From Clostridia bacterium (GTDB lineage Bacteria > Bacillota > Clostridia > Oscillospirales > RGIG577): DNA of 64,000 bases. The stretch covers positions 39,733-103,732 of the forward strand of contig JAFWDJ010000007.1 in the NCBI GenBank assembly GCA_017513095.1, given 5' to 3'. Each line of letters opens with the position of its first letter. Position 1 is the stretch's first letter. Positions 56,011 to 64,000 of the stretch are shown in pieces. The notes beneath the pieces were generated by a model. The model was not told where the DNA came from, did not search any database, and saw only the letters and a program-made list of their open reading frames with translations. A program made the translations under genes and the position numbers.

Positions 56011-57321
56011 TCAACGCACAAAAGGACGCGCCGCACCCCCGAAAAGGACTTCTCCCTCTCTTTTCTCTATCCTGACTGCGACGCGCTCCCCTTCTATGGG
56101 CGTTTCGGAAAAAACGTGCGTCATGCAGTAATTTTCGGTGTAGCCGCGATACGTGCAGTCGTCTGTTTTCTCTTCTATCAGCACTTCGCGCACCTTGCCC
56201 GTCTGTTCGTCAAGAAAACGTTCGGCAACACCCTTCGCCGCTTCGCTCATAACGGCGACACGGCGCGATTTTTCGGCGCGCGTAAGATGACCGGGCATCT
56301 TTTCCGCTCGGGTGCCCGGGCGCGACGAAAACGGGAACACGTGCACCTTCAAAAAGCGCTGCCGCTTCACAAATTCGAGCGACTCTGAAAAATCCTCCTC
56401 CGTTTCGCCGGGGAATCCAACGATAACGTCGGTCGTGACCGATGAGGAAGGCAGAGCCCTTCTTATCTTTATGAGCGTTTCCTCAAATTCGGCGGCGGTG
56501 TACCTTCTGTTCATGGCGGCAAGCGTCCTGTCGCAGCCGCTCTGAAGCGAAATGTGAAAATGCGGGCACAGCCGCTTAAACGAGGGAAGCGCCGAGAGGA
56601 ACGCCTCGTCGAAGCACGAGAGATTCAATGACCCGAGCCTTACGCGGAAATCGCCCTCTGCGTCCTCGCACAGCGAAAGCACGTCCGAAAGCGTCTTTTC
56701 GTATTTTATATCCTTGCCGTAGGAGGAAATGTGTATTCCCGTCAAGACTATCTCCTTATATCCCCTTTTTATTATCCCTGAAAGCTCGCTTTGTATGTCC
56801 GAAAACGGCTTCGACACGATGGGGCCGCGCGCGTAGGGAATCACGCAGTAGGAGCAGAAATTGTCGCAGCCGTCCTCTATCTTTATGCTCATGCGCGTGC
56901 GCTCAAGCGCGTCGGACGCGCTCATTTTCTCAAACTCGCGCACCGAAAACGGATCGCGCACCGACAGAAGCTTTGACTTTCTGCCCGCGTTTTCGATTAT
57001 GAGCTTCGCAAACGCCATACGGTCCTTCGTGCCCGTTACGATATCCACGCCCGGCATGGCCATAACGCGCTCCGACTGAAGCTGTGCGTAGCAGCCGCAT
57101 ACGCATATGAGCGCGGCGGGATTTTTCTTTACGGCGCGGTTTATCGCGCTGCGCGATTTACGGTCGCTCTCGGCCGTCACGCTGCACGTATTTATAACGT
57201 AAACGTCGGCCGTATCCGAAAAATCAACTATCTCGACGCCCGCTTTTTTAAGCACTCCGGCCAGTGCCGCGCTCTCGTATTGGTTTACCTTGCATCCCAA
57301 AGTGTAAATGGCTGCCTTCAT
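56011..57321 (-). CDS. mtaB: tRNA methylthiotransferase, MtaB-like (radical SAM + TRAM)
   Basis: UPF0004 N-terminal domain (MKAAIYTLGCKVNQYES) and a radical SAM CDNFCSYC motif. The start follows a GAGGTGGAG RBS. Confidence 0.8.
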   Translation of the reverse strand: MKAAIYTLGCKVNQYESAALAGVLKKAGVEIVDFSDTADVYVINTCSVTAESDRKSRSAINRAVKKNPAALICVCGCYAQLQSERVMAMPGVDIVTGTKDRMAFAKLIIENAGRKSKLLSVRDPFSVREFEKMSASDALERTRMSIKIEDGCDNFCSYCVIPYARGPIVSKPFSDIQSELSGIIKRGYKEIVLTGIHISSYGKDIKYEKTLSDVLSLCEDAEGDFRVRLGSLNLSCFDEAFLSALPSFKRLCPHFHISLQSGCDRTLAAMNRRYTAAEFEETLIKIRRALPSSSVTTDVIVGFPGETEEDFSESLEFVKRQRFLKVHVFPFSSRPGTRAEKMPGHLTRAEKSRRVAVMSEAAKGVAERFLDEQTGKVREVLIEEKTDDCTYRGYTENYCMTHVFSETPIEGERVAVRIEKREGEVLFGGAARPFVR

Positions 57322-57466
57322 CAAAACTCCACCTCTCATATAAAAAATTATATAGAAAACGCAAAAAATGTTCAAGAATATATTGACTTATCAATAAAAA
57401 AATCAGAAAATAATCTTGATAGCATTTTTTGATAACCGTTTTCTTGTTGACACAAGAGGTGCTGTT

Positions 57467-59263
57467 ATGGATTTTTTCAGAATCGTCTCATTTTTCGGAG
57501 GGCTCGGCTTATTCATTTTCGGCATGATGCTCATGGGCAACGCGCTTGAAAAAATAGCCGGCAACAAGCTTTCCGCAATAATCGAAAAATTCACGAGCAA
57601 CCGTATAAAAGGCGTGCTTTGCGGTGCGGCTGTCGCCGCCATTATTCAAAGCTCCTCGGTTGCCACTGTCATGGTAGTCGGCTTCGTAAACGCCGGCGTA
57701 ATGAAGCTCACCCAGGCCGTAGGCGTCATTTTGGGCGCCAATATCGGCACCACGATAACCGCGCAGCTCATCGGCCTCAACGCCATAAGCGCGGACAGTC
57801 TTGTTTTACAGATTTTCAAGCCCACCACCCTGGCTCCGATAGCCATCGTTATAGGCATTTGTCTCTATATGCTCGCAAAGCGCGTACGCTCGGTCGAGCT
57901 GGGCGAAGTGCTCATAGGCTTCGGCATCCTTTTCGTCGGGATGCAGACAATGGAAGCGGCCGTTTCCGTGCTTGCGGACATGCCCGAATTCAGTCAGATA
58001 TTCCTCATGTTCTCGAATCCGATAATAGGCGTGCTCATCGGCGCGGCTCTCACCGCGATAATCCAGAGCTCGAGCGCGTCCGTCGGCATACTTCAGGCGT
58101 TCGCCTCGACGGGACTTATCACGTTTTCAACGGCCGTTCCGATAATACTCGGCCAGAACATCGGCACGTGCGTCACGGCCATCCTCTCCAGCGTCGGCGC
58201 TAATAAGAACGCGCGCCGCACGGCGTTTATCCACCTTTACTTCAACGTTATAGGCACCGTGATATTCATGATAGCGATATACGCCATTCAGGCGTTCGTG
58301 GGCTTCGCCTTCTGGGACGACACGGTAAATTCACAGACAATAGCAAACTTCCACTCCGTATTCAATATAACGTGTACGCTTATCTTCATACCGTTCGCAA
58401 ATCTTTTAGTCAAGCTTGCGAACATGACGATAAAATCCACCGACGACGAGGAAACGGTAAAAACGAAGTTCGACGACCGACTCCTCTACATGCCCGCGGC
58501 TGCTCTTTCGCAGGTCGAGGACTCCATTGAAACGATGTTCTCAATGGCTATAAAGAACATCTCCCGCGCGCGCGAGGCGATAACGGATAAGAACCGCGAC
58601 AAGGTAAAAAAGATAGTCGACGACGAGGACGTTATCGACAAGATGGAGTTCGAGGTGTCGAAATACCTCGTTAAGATCACCGACCAGGAATTGAGCGAGA
58701 ACGAGAGCAAGACCGTATCCGTATATCTTAAAATGGTCAACGACATCGAGCGTCTCGGCGACCACGCCGTAAACCTTTCGGAGATCGCCGTCGATATAAT
58801 GAACGAAAAGATAACGTATTCCCCCGCCGCGCAGCACGAGCTTGGAATAATGTTCGACGCCGTGGAGGATATACTCAATTTAGCGTATCAGAGCGTCAAA
58901 AGCGAGTCCGACAAATTTACGTACGCGATACAGGTCGAGCCTCTCGAGGAGATCATAGATATGCTCACCGAGGCGCTGCGTCTCGGACACATACAGCGTC
59001 TGTCCGACGGCATATGCTCCGTGGAGACGGGCGTATCGTTCCTCGAGATAATCAACAACCTCGAGCGTATCGCCGACCACTGCTCGAATATCGCAATAGG
59101 CACGATGCAGCAGCACGACGACTTTGCAAGCACGATAGACCCGCACGCCTTCTCCGTCCATCTGCGTGAAGAGTTCGGCCGGGATTACGACAGATACTAC
59201 GATTACTTTATAGCGAAGTACTACAACCGCCTGGGCCAGAGCCCGCAGCAGGAACAGAAGTAG
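57467..59263 (+). CDS. Na/Pi cotransporter family protein with C-terminal PhoU-like repeats
   Basis: Duplicated motif AAIIQSSSVATV / TAIIQSSSASVG and C-terminal PhoU-type helices. The terminator ACACCGCGCGaaaCCGCGCGGTGT is at 59281-59309. Confidence 0.85.
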   Translation: MDFFRIVSFFGGLGLFIFGMMLMGNALEKIAGNKLSAIIEKFTSNRIKGVLCGAAVAAIIQSSSVATVMVVGFVNAGVMKLTQAVGVILGANIGTTITAQLIGLNAISADSLVLQIFKPTTLAPIAIVIGICLYMLAKRVRSVELGEVLIGFGILFVGMQTMEAAVSVLADMPEFSQIFLMFSNPIIGVLIGAALTAIIQSSSASVGILQAFASTGLITFSTAVPIILGQNIGTCVTAILSSVGANKNARRTAFIHLYFNVIGTVIFMIAIYAIQAFVGFAFWDDTVNSQTIANFHSVFNITCTLIFIPFANLLVKLANMTIKSTDDEETVKTKFDDRLLYMPAAALSQVEDSIETMFSMAIKNISRAREAITDKNRDKVKKIVDDEDVIDKMEFEVSKYLVKITDQELSENESKTVSVYLKMVNDIERLGDHAVNLSEIAVDIMNEKITYSPAAQHELGIMFDAVEDILNLAYQSVKSESDKFTYAIQVEPLEEIIDMLTEALRLGHIQRLSDGICSVETGVSFLEIINNLERIADHCSNIAIGTMQQHDDFASTIDPHAFSVHLREEFGRDYDRYYDYFIAKYYNRLGQSPQQEQK

Positions 59264-59537
59264 GAAGATTGAATGATGAAACACCGCGCGAAACCGCGCG
59301 GTGTTTTTTGTTTGCGGGGGGATTTGGTGGGGAAAAAAGTATACTTTTTCCCACCCCGTATTGCATAATTTTTGGCAGAGTGATACACTATATCTTGTAA
59401 TGCCGAAAAGAATCGGCACAAAAATTCAAGTGGTGCGTAAAGTATACTTTTTTCCCCGATTTTCGGCCGAAATACAGGTAAAATCTCATGTTTTTGTGCC
59501 CGAATTCAGGAAAAAGAGCACGGAAAGGACGGTTTTT

Positions 59538-62500
59538 ATGAAAAAGAAGGTTTTAAGCCTCATTGTGGCACTCGTTATGGTGCTTACGATGCTCCCCGTG
59601 ACGGGTCTGGCGGCGGATACGCCTCCGGCGGTAAACATCACGCAGATAAGCTACGCCGACGGCGCAGTCAGCCTTGCATGGCAGGCGCAGGACGGCGTTG
59701 ACGGCTACCGAGTGTACCGCAAAACGGGTACGGGTTCGTGGACGAGCATACTTTCGTCTACAACGGCGACGTCGTATGTCGACGACACCGTAACGGAGGG
59801 CAAAACGTATTCGTATACGATTCGCTCGTTCGTAGGCAAGACGTACAGCGCGGGCTACGCCGACACGGCTAAGACGATAACCGCGAAAGCATCGGTTGAG
59901 ACGCAGCCCGTGACGATAACGTCGATTAGCTACGCTAACGGTGCAGTCAGCCTCGCATGGCAGGGACAGGACGGCGTGGACGGCTACCGCGTATATCGCA
60001 AGACCGGCTCGGGCAAATGGTCGACTGTGCTTTCCTCTACGACGGCGACTTCATACGTCGACAACACCGTAACGGAGGGCAAGACGTACAGTTATACCAT
60101 CCGTTCAAAAGTGGGAAGCACGTGGAGCACCGGATATGACGCGACGGCGAAGACTATCACGGCGAAAGCCGCAGTCGAGCCGCAGCCCGTGACAATAACG
60201 TCGATAAGCTACGCTAACGGCGCGGTCAGCCTTGCTTGGCAGGCGCAGGACGGCGTTGACGGCTACCGCGTGTATCGCAAGACCGGCTCCGGCAAGTGGA
60301 CAACCGTTTTGTCTTCCACGACGGCAACGTCGTACAAAGATACCACCGTAACCGAAGGCACAACATACAGCTATACTATCCGCTCCAACGTCGGCAGCGC
60401 ATGGAGCACGGGCTATGCCGATACGGCGGCGACCATCACGGCGAAAGCCGCAGTCGATCCGATGCCTGTAACAATAACGTCTATAAGCTACGCGAACGGC
60501 GCTGTCAGCCTTGCTTGGCAGGGACAGGACGGCGTTGACGGCTACCGAGTATACCGCAAGACCGGCTCCGGCAAGTGGACGATCGTTTTATCCTCAACGA
60601 CGGGCACATCGTACACCGATACCACCGTAACCGAAGGCACAACATACAGCTATACTGTCCGCTCCAACGTCGGCAGTGCATGGAGCACGGGATATGCCGA
60701 TACGGCGGCAACGATAACGGCAAAGCCCGCAGTAGAGCCTGCGCCCGTAACGATAACGTCGATTGACTACGCAAACGGCGCAGTAAGCCTCGCTTGGCAG
60801 GGACAGGACGGCGTTGACGGCTACCGCGTATACAGAAAGACCGGTTCCGGCAAGTGGACCGTGCTTCTTTCGTCCACGACGGCGACGAGCTATACCGATA
60901 CTACGGTGACCGAGGGCACCACGTACAGCTATACCATACGCTCCAACGTCGGCAGCGCATGGAGCACGGGCTATGCAGATACGGCGGCAACAATAACGGC
61001 GAAGGCCGCAGTCGATCCGATGCCCGTGACGATAACCGACATAAGCTACGCAGACGGCGCGGTGAGCCTCGCTTGGCAGGGACAGGACGGCGTCGACGGC
61101 TACCGCGTATATCGCAAGACCGGCTCCGGCAAGTGGACGAGCATTTTATCCTCCACTACGGAAACGAGCTACACCGACACAACGGTGACAGAAGGTACTA
61201 CATACAGCTATACGATCCGTTCGTTCGTCGGCAAGACGTACAGCACCGGCTACGACGCGACGGCGAAGTCGATAAAAGTTTCTCCCGCCGCACCCCCCGA
61301 CGTGAACATAAACATGATAACGCAGAGCAGCACGGGCGGCATAAAAATAGCGTGGGATGCGGCGGATAATGTTGACGGCTACCGCGTATACAAAAAGTCC
61401 GGCAGCGGAAGCTGGAAGACGGCTCTTTCCAACACTACCGACACAACGTTCATCGATACCGACGTAACGCCCGGAGTGACGTATTATTATACGGTGCGTT
61501 CTGTAAAGGGCGGCGTATGGAGCACAGGATATAACGACACGGCAAAGAGCTTTAAGGCGGGCACGCCGGGGCTTTGGTCGAACGGTGGAACTATTAACGG
61601 CATTGACGATAAGACTGTAGAAAAAGTATACATTCCCGTATCGATTGACGGCGCAGCCGTGACGAGCATTGGCGGGTATGCCTTCCGGAACTGTAGCAGT
61701 CTTACGTCGGTAATTATTCCCGAGGGTGTGACGAGTATTGGCGAGCATGCATTCGACAACTGCAGCAGTCTTACGACGGTAATTATTCCTGAGGGGGTAA
61801 CAAGCATAGGGGCATGGACGTTCGCATACTGTAGCAATCTTACATTGGTAATTATTCCCAAGAGCGTGACGTGCATAAGTTACGGAGCGTTCCGGAACTG
61901 TAGCAGTCTTAAGTCGATGACTATACCCGAGGGCGTGACGTGTATAGAGAACGATACGTTCTCCGGTTGCAGCAGTCTTACGTCTGTGACGATACCGTCG
62001 AGCGTGACGAGCATTGGAGAAAGTGCGTTCCATACCTGCAGCAGCCTTACGTCTGTGACAATACCGGAAGGCGTGACGTGTATAGAGGAAGATACGTTCA
62101 GAGGCTGCAGCAGTCTTACGTCCGTGACGATACCGTCGAGCGTGATGAGCATTGGAAAATATGCGTTCTTGAAATGCATCAGCCTTACGTCGGTGACGAT
62201 ACCCGAAGGCGTGACGTGTATAGAGGAAGATACGTTCTCCGGTTGCAGCAGTCTTACGTCCGTGACGATACCTTCGAGCGTGACGAGCATTGGAGAACGT
62301 GCGTTCCATACCTGCAGCAGCCTTACGTCCGTGACGATACCGTCGAGCGTGACGAGCATTGGAGAACGTGCGTTCCAACTTTGCAGCGGGCTTACGTCCG
62401 TGACGATACCCGAAGGCGTGACGAGCATTGCATACCAAGCGTTCTCCGGTTGCAGCGGCCTTACGTCGGTGATGATACCCGAAGGCGTGACGAGCATTGC

Positions 62501-63950
62501 ATACCAAGCGTTCTCCGGTTGTAGCGGCCTTACGTCGGTTACGATACCCGAAGGCGTGACGAGCATTGGCTCATATGCGTTCTCGGGCTGCACCGGCCTT
62601 ACGTCCGTGACAATACCGTCGGGCATTACAAGCATTGGCGACGGTATATTCCAAGGCTGCAGTAGTCTTACGTCGGTAATGATACCCGAAGGAGTGACGA
62701 GTATAGGCGAGCGCGCATTCCAAACCTGTGAAAGTCTTACATCCGTGACAATACCGTCAAGCGTTAAGGACATAGGCGATTATGCGTTCCAGAATTGCAG
62801 AGGCCTTGTGTCCGTAACGATATCGGAGGGCGTTGAAAGCATAGGCAAGGGAGCGTTTTCAAACTGTACTGCTCTTACGTCGATAACAATACCGTCGAGC
62901 GTTAAATCTATCGGTGCAGATGCGTTCAAGTATTGCAAGCTTACGGACATAAAGGTCGAAAGTGGAAACAATTCTTATGTGTCGGTTGACAACGTGCTTT
63001 TTACAAAAGATATGAAAACACTCGTAAAGTGCTCGGTTGACGTGACCGGAGCTTATGCGATACCATCCGGCGTGACCGATATAAGCGAATACGCATTCTA
63101 TAACTGCAGACAGATCACTTCATTAAGCATACCGTCGAGCGTAACGAAAATAGGCAAGTATGCCTTCGAACAATGCAGAGGGCTTACGTCTTTGATTATT
63201 CCGAAAAGCGTGACGGATATAGGCGGCGGAGCGTTCAGAAAGTGCTGGAATCTTACGTCGATAACCGTTGATAAGGATAATGCGGCATATGTTTCGACGG
63301 ACGGCGTGCTGTTCACTAAAGACAAGAAAACCATCGTCGCTTTTCCGTATGGCAAAGCTGTGTCTTATTCCATTCCGTCAGGGGTTACGACAATAGGCTG
63401 CAACGCATTTGACGGATGTGATAAGCTTACGTCCGTGACTATTCCGTCCAGCGCAAAGAGCATTGGCAATTATGCGTTCTACAACTGCAGCAGTCTTACG
63501 TCGGTAACGATTTCGAATGGCGTGACGAGCATTGACCAAGCCGCATTTCAAGGATGCAGCAGTCTTACGTCGGTAACTATCCCTTCGAGCGTGACGAGCA
63601 TTGGCCAACTCGCATTTCAAGGATGCAGCAGTCTTACGTCGGTAACTATCCCTTCGAGTGCGAGGCAAATTGATGGGGGCGTTTTCCGCGACTGTACTTC
63701 GCTTACATCGATTGTGATTCCCGAAGGCGTGACGGTCATAAACCAGTTATTCAGAAATTGTACAGCACTCAAGTCGGTTTCTATACCGAAAAGCGTTACT
63801 GATATATATGCTTCTTCGTTTGAAGGCTGCACCGCTCTTACGGACGTATATTATGCCGGAACACATGATGAGTGGAGCACAATAAATATAAACGAGAATA
63901 ATAATGACCCCCTCTATAGCGCCACCATCCACTACAACAGCGCGCCGTAA
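59538..63950 (+). CDS. Giant secreted surface protein: signal peptide, 7 Fn3-like repeats, about 30 BspA-type leucine-rich repeats
   Basis: The start was moved to MKKKVLSLIVALVMVLTMLPVTGLAADT (signal peptide). The upstream 79 codons of the track ORF lack coding character. Confidence 0.85.
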   Translation: MKKKVLSLIVALVMVLTMLPVTGLAADTPPAVNITQISYADGAVSLAWQAQDGVDGYRVYRKTGTGSWTSILSSTTATSYVDDTVTEGKTYSYTIRSFVGKTYSAGYADTAKTITAKASVETQPVTITSISYANGAVSLAWQGQDGVDGYRVYRKTGSGKWSTVLSSTTATSYVDNTVTEGKTYSYTIRSKVGSTWSTGYDATAKTITAKAAVEPQPVTITSISYANGAVSLAWQAQDGVDGYRVYRKTGSGKWTTVLSSTTATSYKDTTVTEGTTYSYTIRSNVGSAWSTGYADTAATITAKAAVDPMPVTITSISYANGAVSLAWQGQDGVDGYRVYRKTGSGKWTIVLSSTTGTSYTDTTVTEGTTYSYTVRSNVGSAWSTGYADTAATITAKPAVEPAPVTITSIDYANGAVSLAWQGQDGVDGYRVYRKTGSGKWTVLLSSTTATSYTDTTVTEGTTYSYTIRSNVGSAWSTGYADTAATITAKAAVDPMPVTITDISYADGAVSLAWQGQDGVDGYRVYRKTGSGKWTSILSSTTETSYTDTTVTEGTTYSYTIRSFVGKTYSTGYDATAKSIKVSPAAPPDVNINMITQSSTGGIKIAWDAADNVDGYRVYKKSGSGSWKTALSNTTDTTFIDTDVTPGVTYYYTVRSVKGGVWSTGYNDTAKSFKAGTPGLWSNGGTINGIDDKTVEKVYIPVSIDGAAVTSIGGYAFRNCSSLTSVIIPEGVTSIGEHAFDNCSSLTTVIIPEGVTSIGAWTFAYCSNLTLVIIPKSVTCISYGAFRNCSSLKSMTIPEGVTCIENDTFSGCSSLTSVTIPSSVTSIGESAFHTCSSLTSVTIPEGVTCIEEDTFRGCSSLTSVTIPSSVMSIGKYAFLKCISLTSVTIPEGVTCIEEDTFSGCSSLTSVTIPSSVTSIGERAFHTCSSLTSVTIPSSVTSIGERAFQLCSGLTSVTIPEGVTSIAYQAFSGCSGLTSVMIPEGVTSIAYQAFSGCSGLTSVTIPEGVTSIGSYAFSGCTGLTSVTIPSGITSIGDGIFQGCSSLTSVMIPEGVTSIGERAFQTCESLTSVTIPSSVKDIGDYAFQNCRGLVSVTISEGVESIGKGAFSNCTALTSITIPSSVKSIGADAFKYCKLTDIKVESGNNSYVSVDNVLFTKDMKTLVKCSVDVTGAYAIPSGVTDISEYAFYNCRQITSLSIPSSVTKIGKYAFEQCRGLTSLIIPKSVTDIGGGAFRKCWNLTSITVDKDNAAYVSTDGVLFTKDKKTIVAFPYGKAVSYSIPSGVTTIGCNAFDGCDKLTSVTIPSSAKSIGNYAFYNCSSLTSVTISNGVTSIDQAAFQGCSSLTSVTIPSSVTSIGQLAFQGCSSLTSVTIPSSARQIDGGVFRDCTSLTSIVIPEGVTVINQLFRNCTALKSVSIPKSVTDIYASSFEGCTALTDVYYAGTHDEWSTININENNNDPLYSATIHYNSAP
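59628..61580 (+). repeat. Seven tandem 279-bp (93-aa) repeats inside the surface-protein gene
   Basis: The period was verified at the PVTITSISYANGAVSLAWQGQDGVDGYRVYRKTGSGKW unit starts (59907, 60186 and onward). Repeats 2-6 are near-identical. Repeat 1 differs mainly at its N-terminal edge, and repeat 7 is clearly more diverged. Confidence 0.9.
61630..63850 (+). repeat. Array of 69-bp (23-aa) LRR units (SLTSVTIPEGVTSIGERAFxGCS)
   Basis: Consecutive units are visible in translation. Two adjacent units (about 62400-62540) are almost identical at the DNA level. Confidence 0.85.
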
Positions 63951-64000
63951 GGCGTTATGCATCAAAATAACAGAGGTGAAGACAATGGAACGAGTTGCGG

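Noticed and set aside
60854-63668. Large alternative-frame and antisense ORFs inside the surface-protein gene (for example 61146..62507 minus at 453 aa, 61880..62773 minus at 297 aa, 60854..61369 plus)
   Set aside because: They are repeat-driven open frames with Arg/His-rich periodic nonsense translations. Only the 59538..63950 frame gives coherent Fn3 and LRR domains and a signal peptide.
63986-64000. Possible start of another gene (ATGGAACGAGTTGCG after an AGAGGTGAAG RBS) at the window end
   Set aside because: Only 15 nt are visible, which is too short to support a call.

Overview
Clostridia-like (Firmicutes) chromosomal window, roughly mid-50s % G+C by eye. The left third (about 1.9-20.7 kb) is a mosaic accessory region between an AmmeMemoRadiSam gene pair and the ssrA (tmRNA)-smpB locus. 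It has four parts. (1) A complete type III-A CRISPR-Cas cassette on the minus strand: csm6, leader, 9-repeat array, cas10-csm2-csm3-csm4-csm5-cas6, with no cas1/cas2. It is bracketed by ~160-bp direct repeats that each begin exactly at a start codon. (2) A decayed, G+C-rich stretch holding a surface-protein pseudogene (lectin-like repeats plus SLH domains) with two in-frame TAA stops and a frameshift. (3) A LysR-controlled hydrolase/flavoprotein/cyclophilin-like module bracketed by 56-57-bp direct repeats. (4) A visibly A+T-rich islet directly downstream of ssrA with a doubly truncated serine recombinase, a KilA-N protein and a 413-aa orphan. The remaining two thirds are mostly housekeeping or metabolic genes: mntP, a MATE pump, an EamA transporter, an amino-acid ABC transporter, a patatin-like lipase, two tandem SucD-like CoA-acylating aldehyde dehydrogenases, a macro-domain protein, bioY with a BirA-type operator, a HypD-like glycyl radical enzyme with no adjacent activase, hbd-crt-thl, two tandem gamma-CA-like paralogs, corA, a padR operon, a split transketolase, lpd, purL, mtaB and a Na/Pi-PhoU transporter. 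The window ends with a 1470-aa surface protein made of 7 x 279-bp tandem repeats plus about 30 BspA-type LRR units. The most unusual non-genic signal is a ~240-265-bp highly structured repeat present as two inverted copies (35.5 kb and 45.5 kb). Each copy sits immediately after a terminator hairpin, and one is flanked by a perfect 29-bp duplication of that terminator. All calls rest on reading the sequence and ORF translations by eye; no database search was run.
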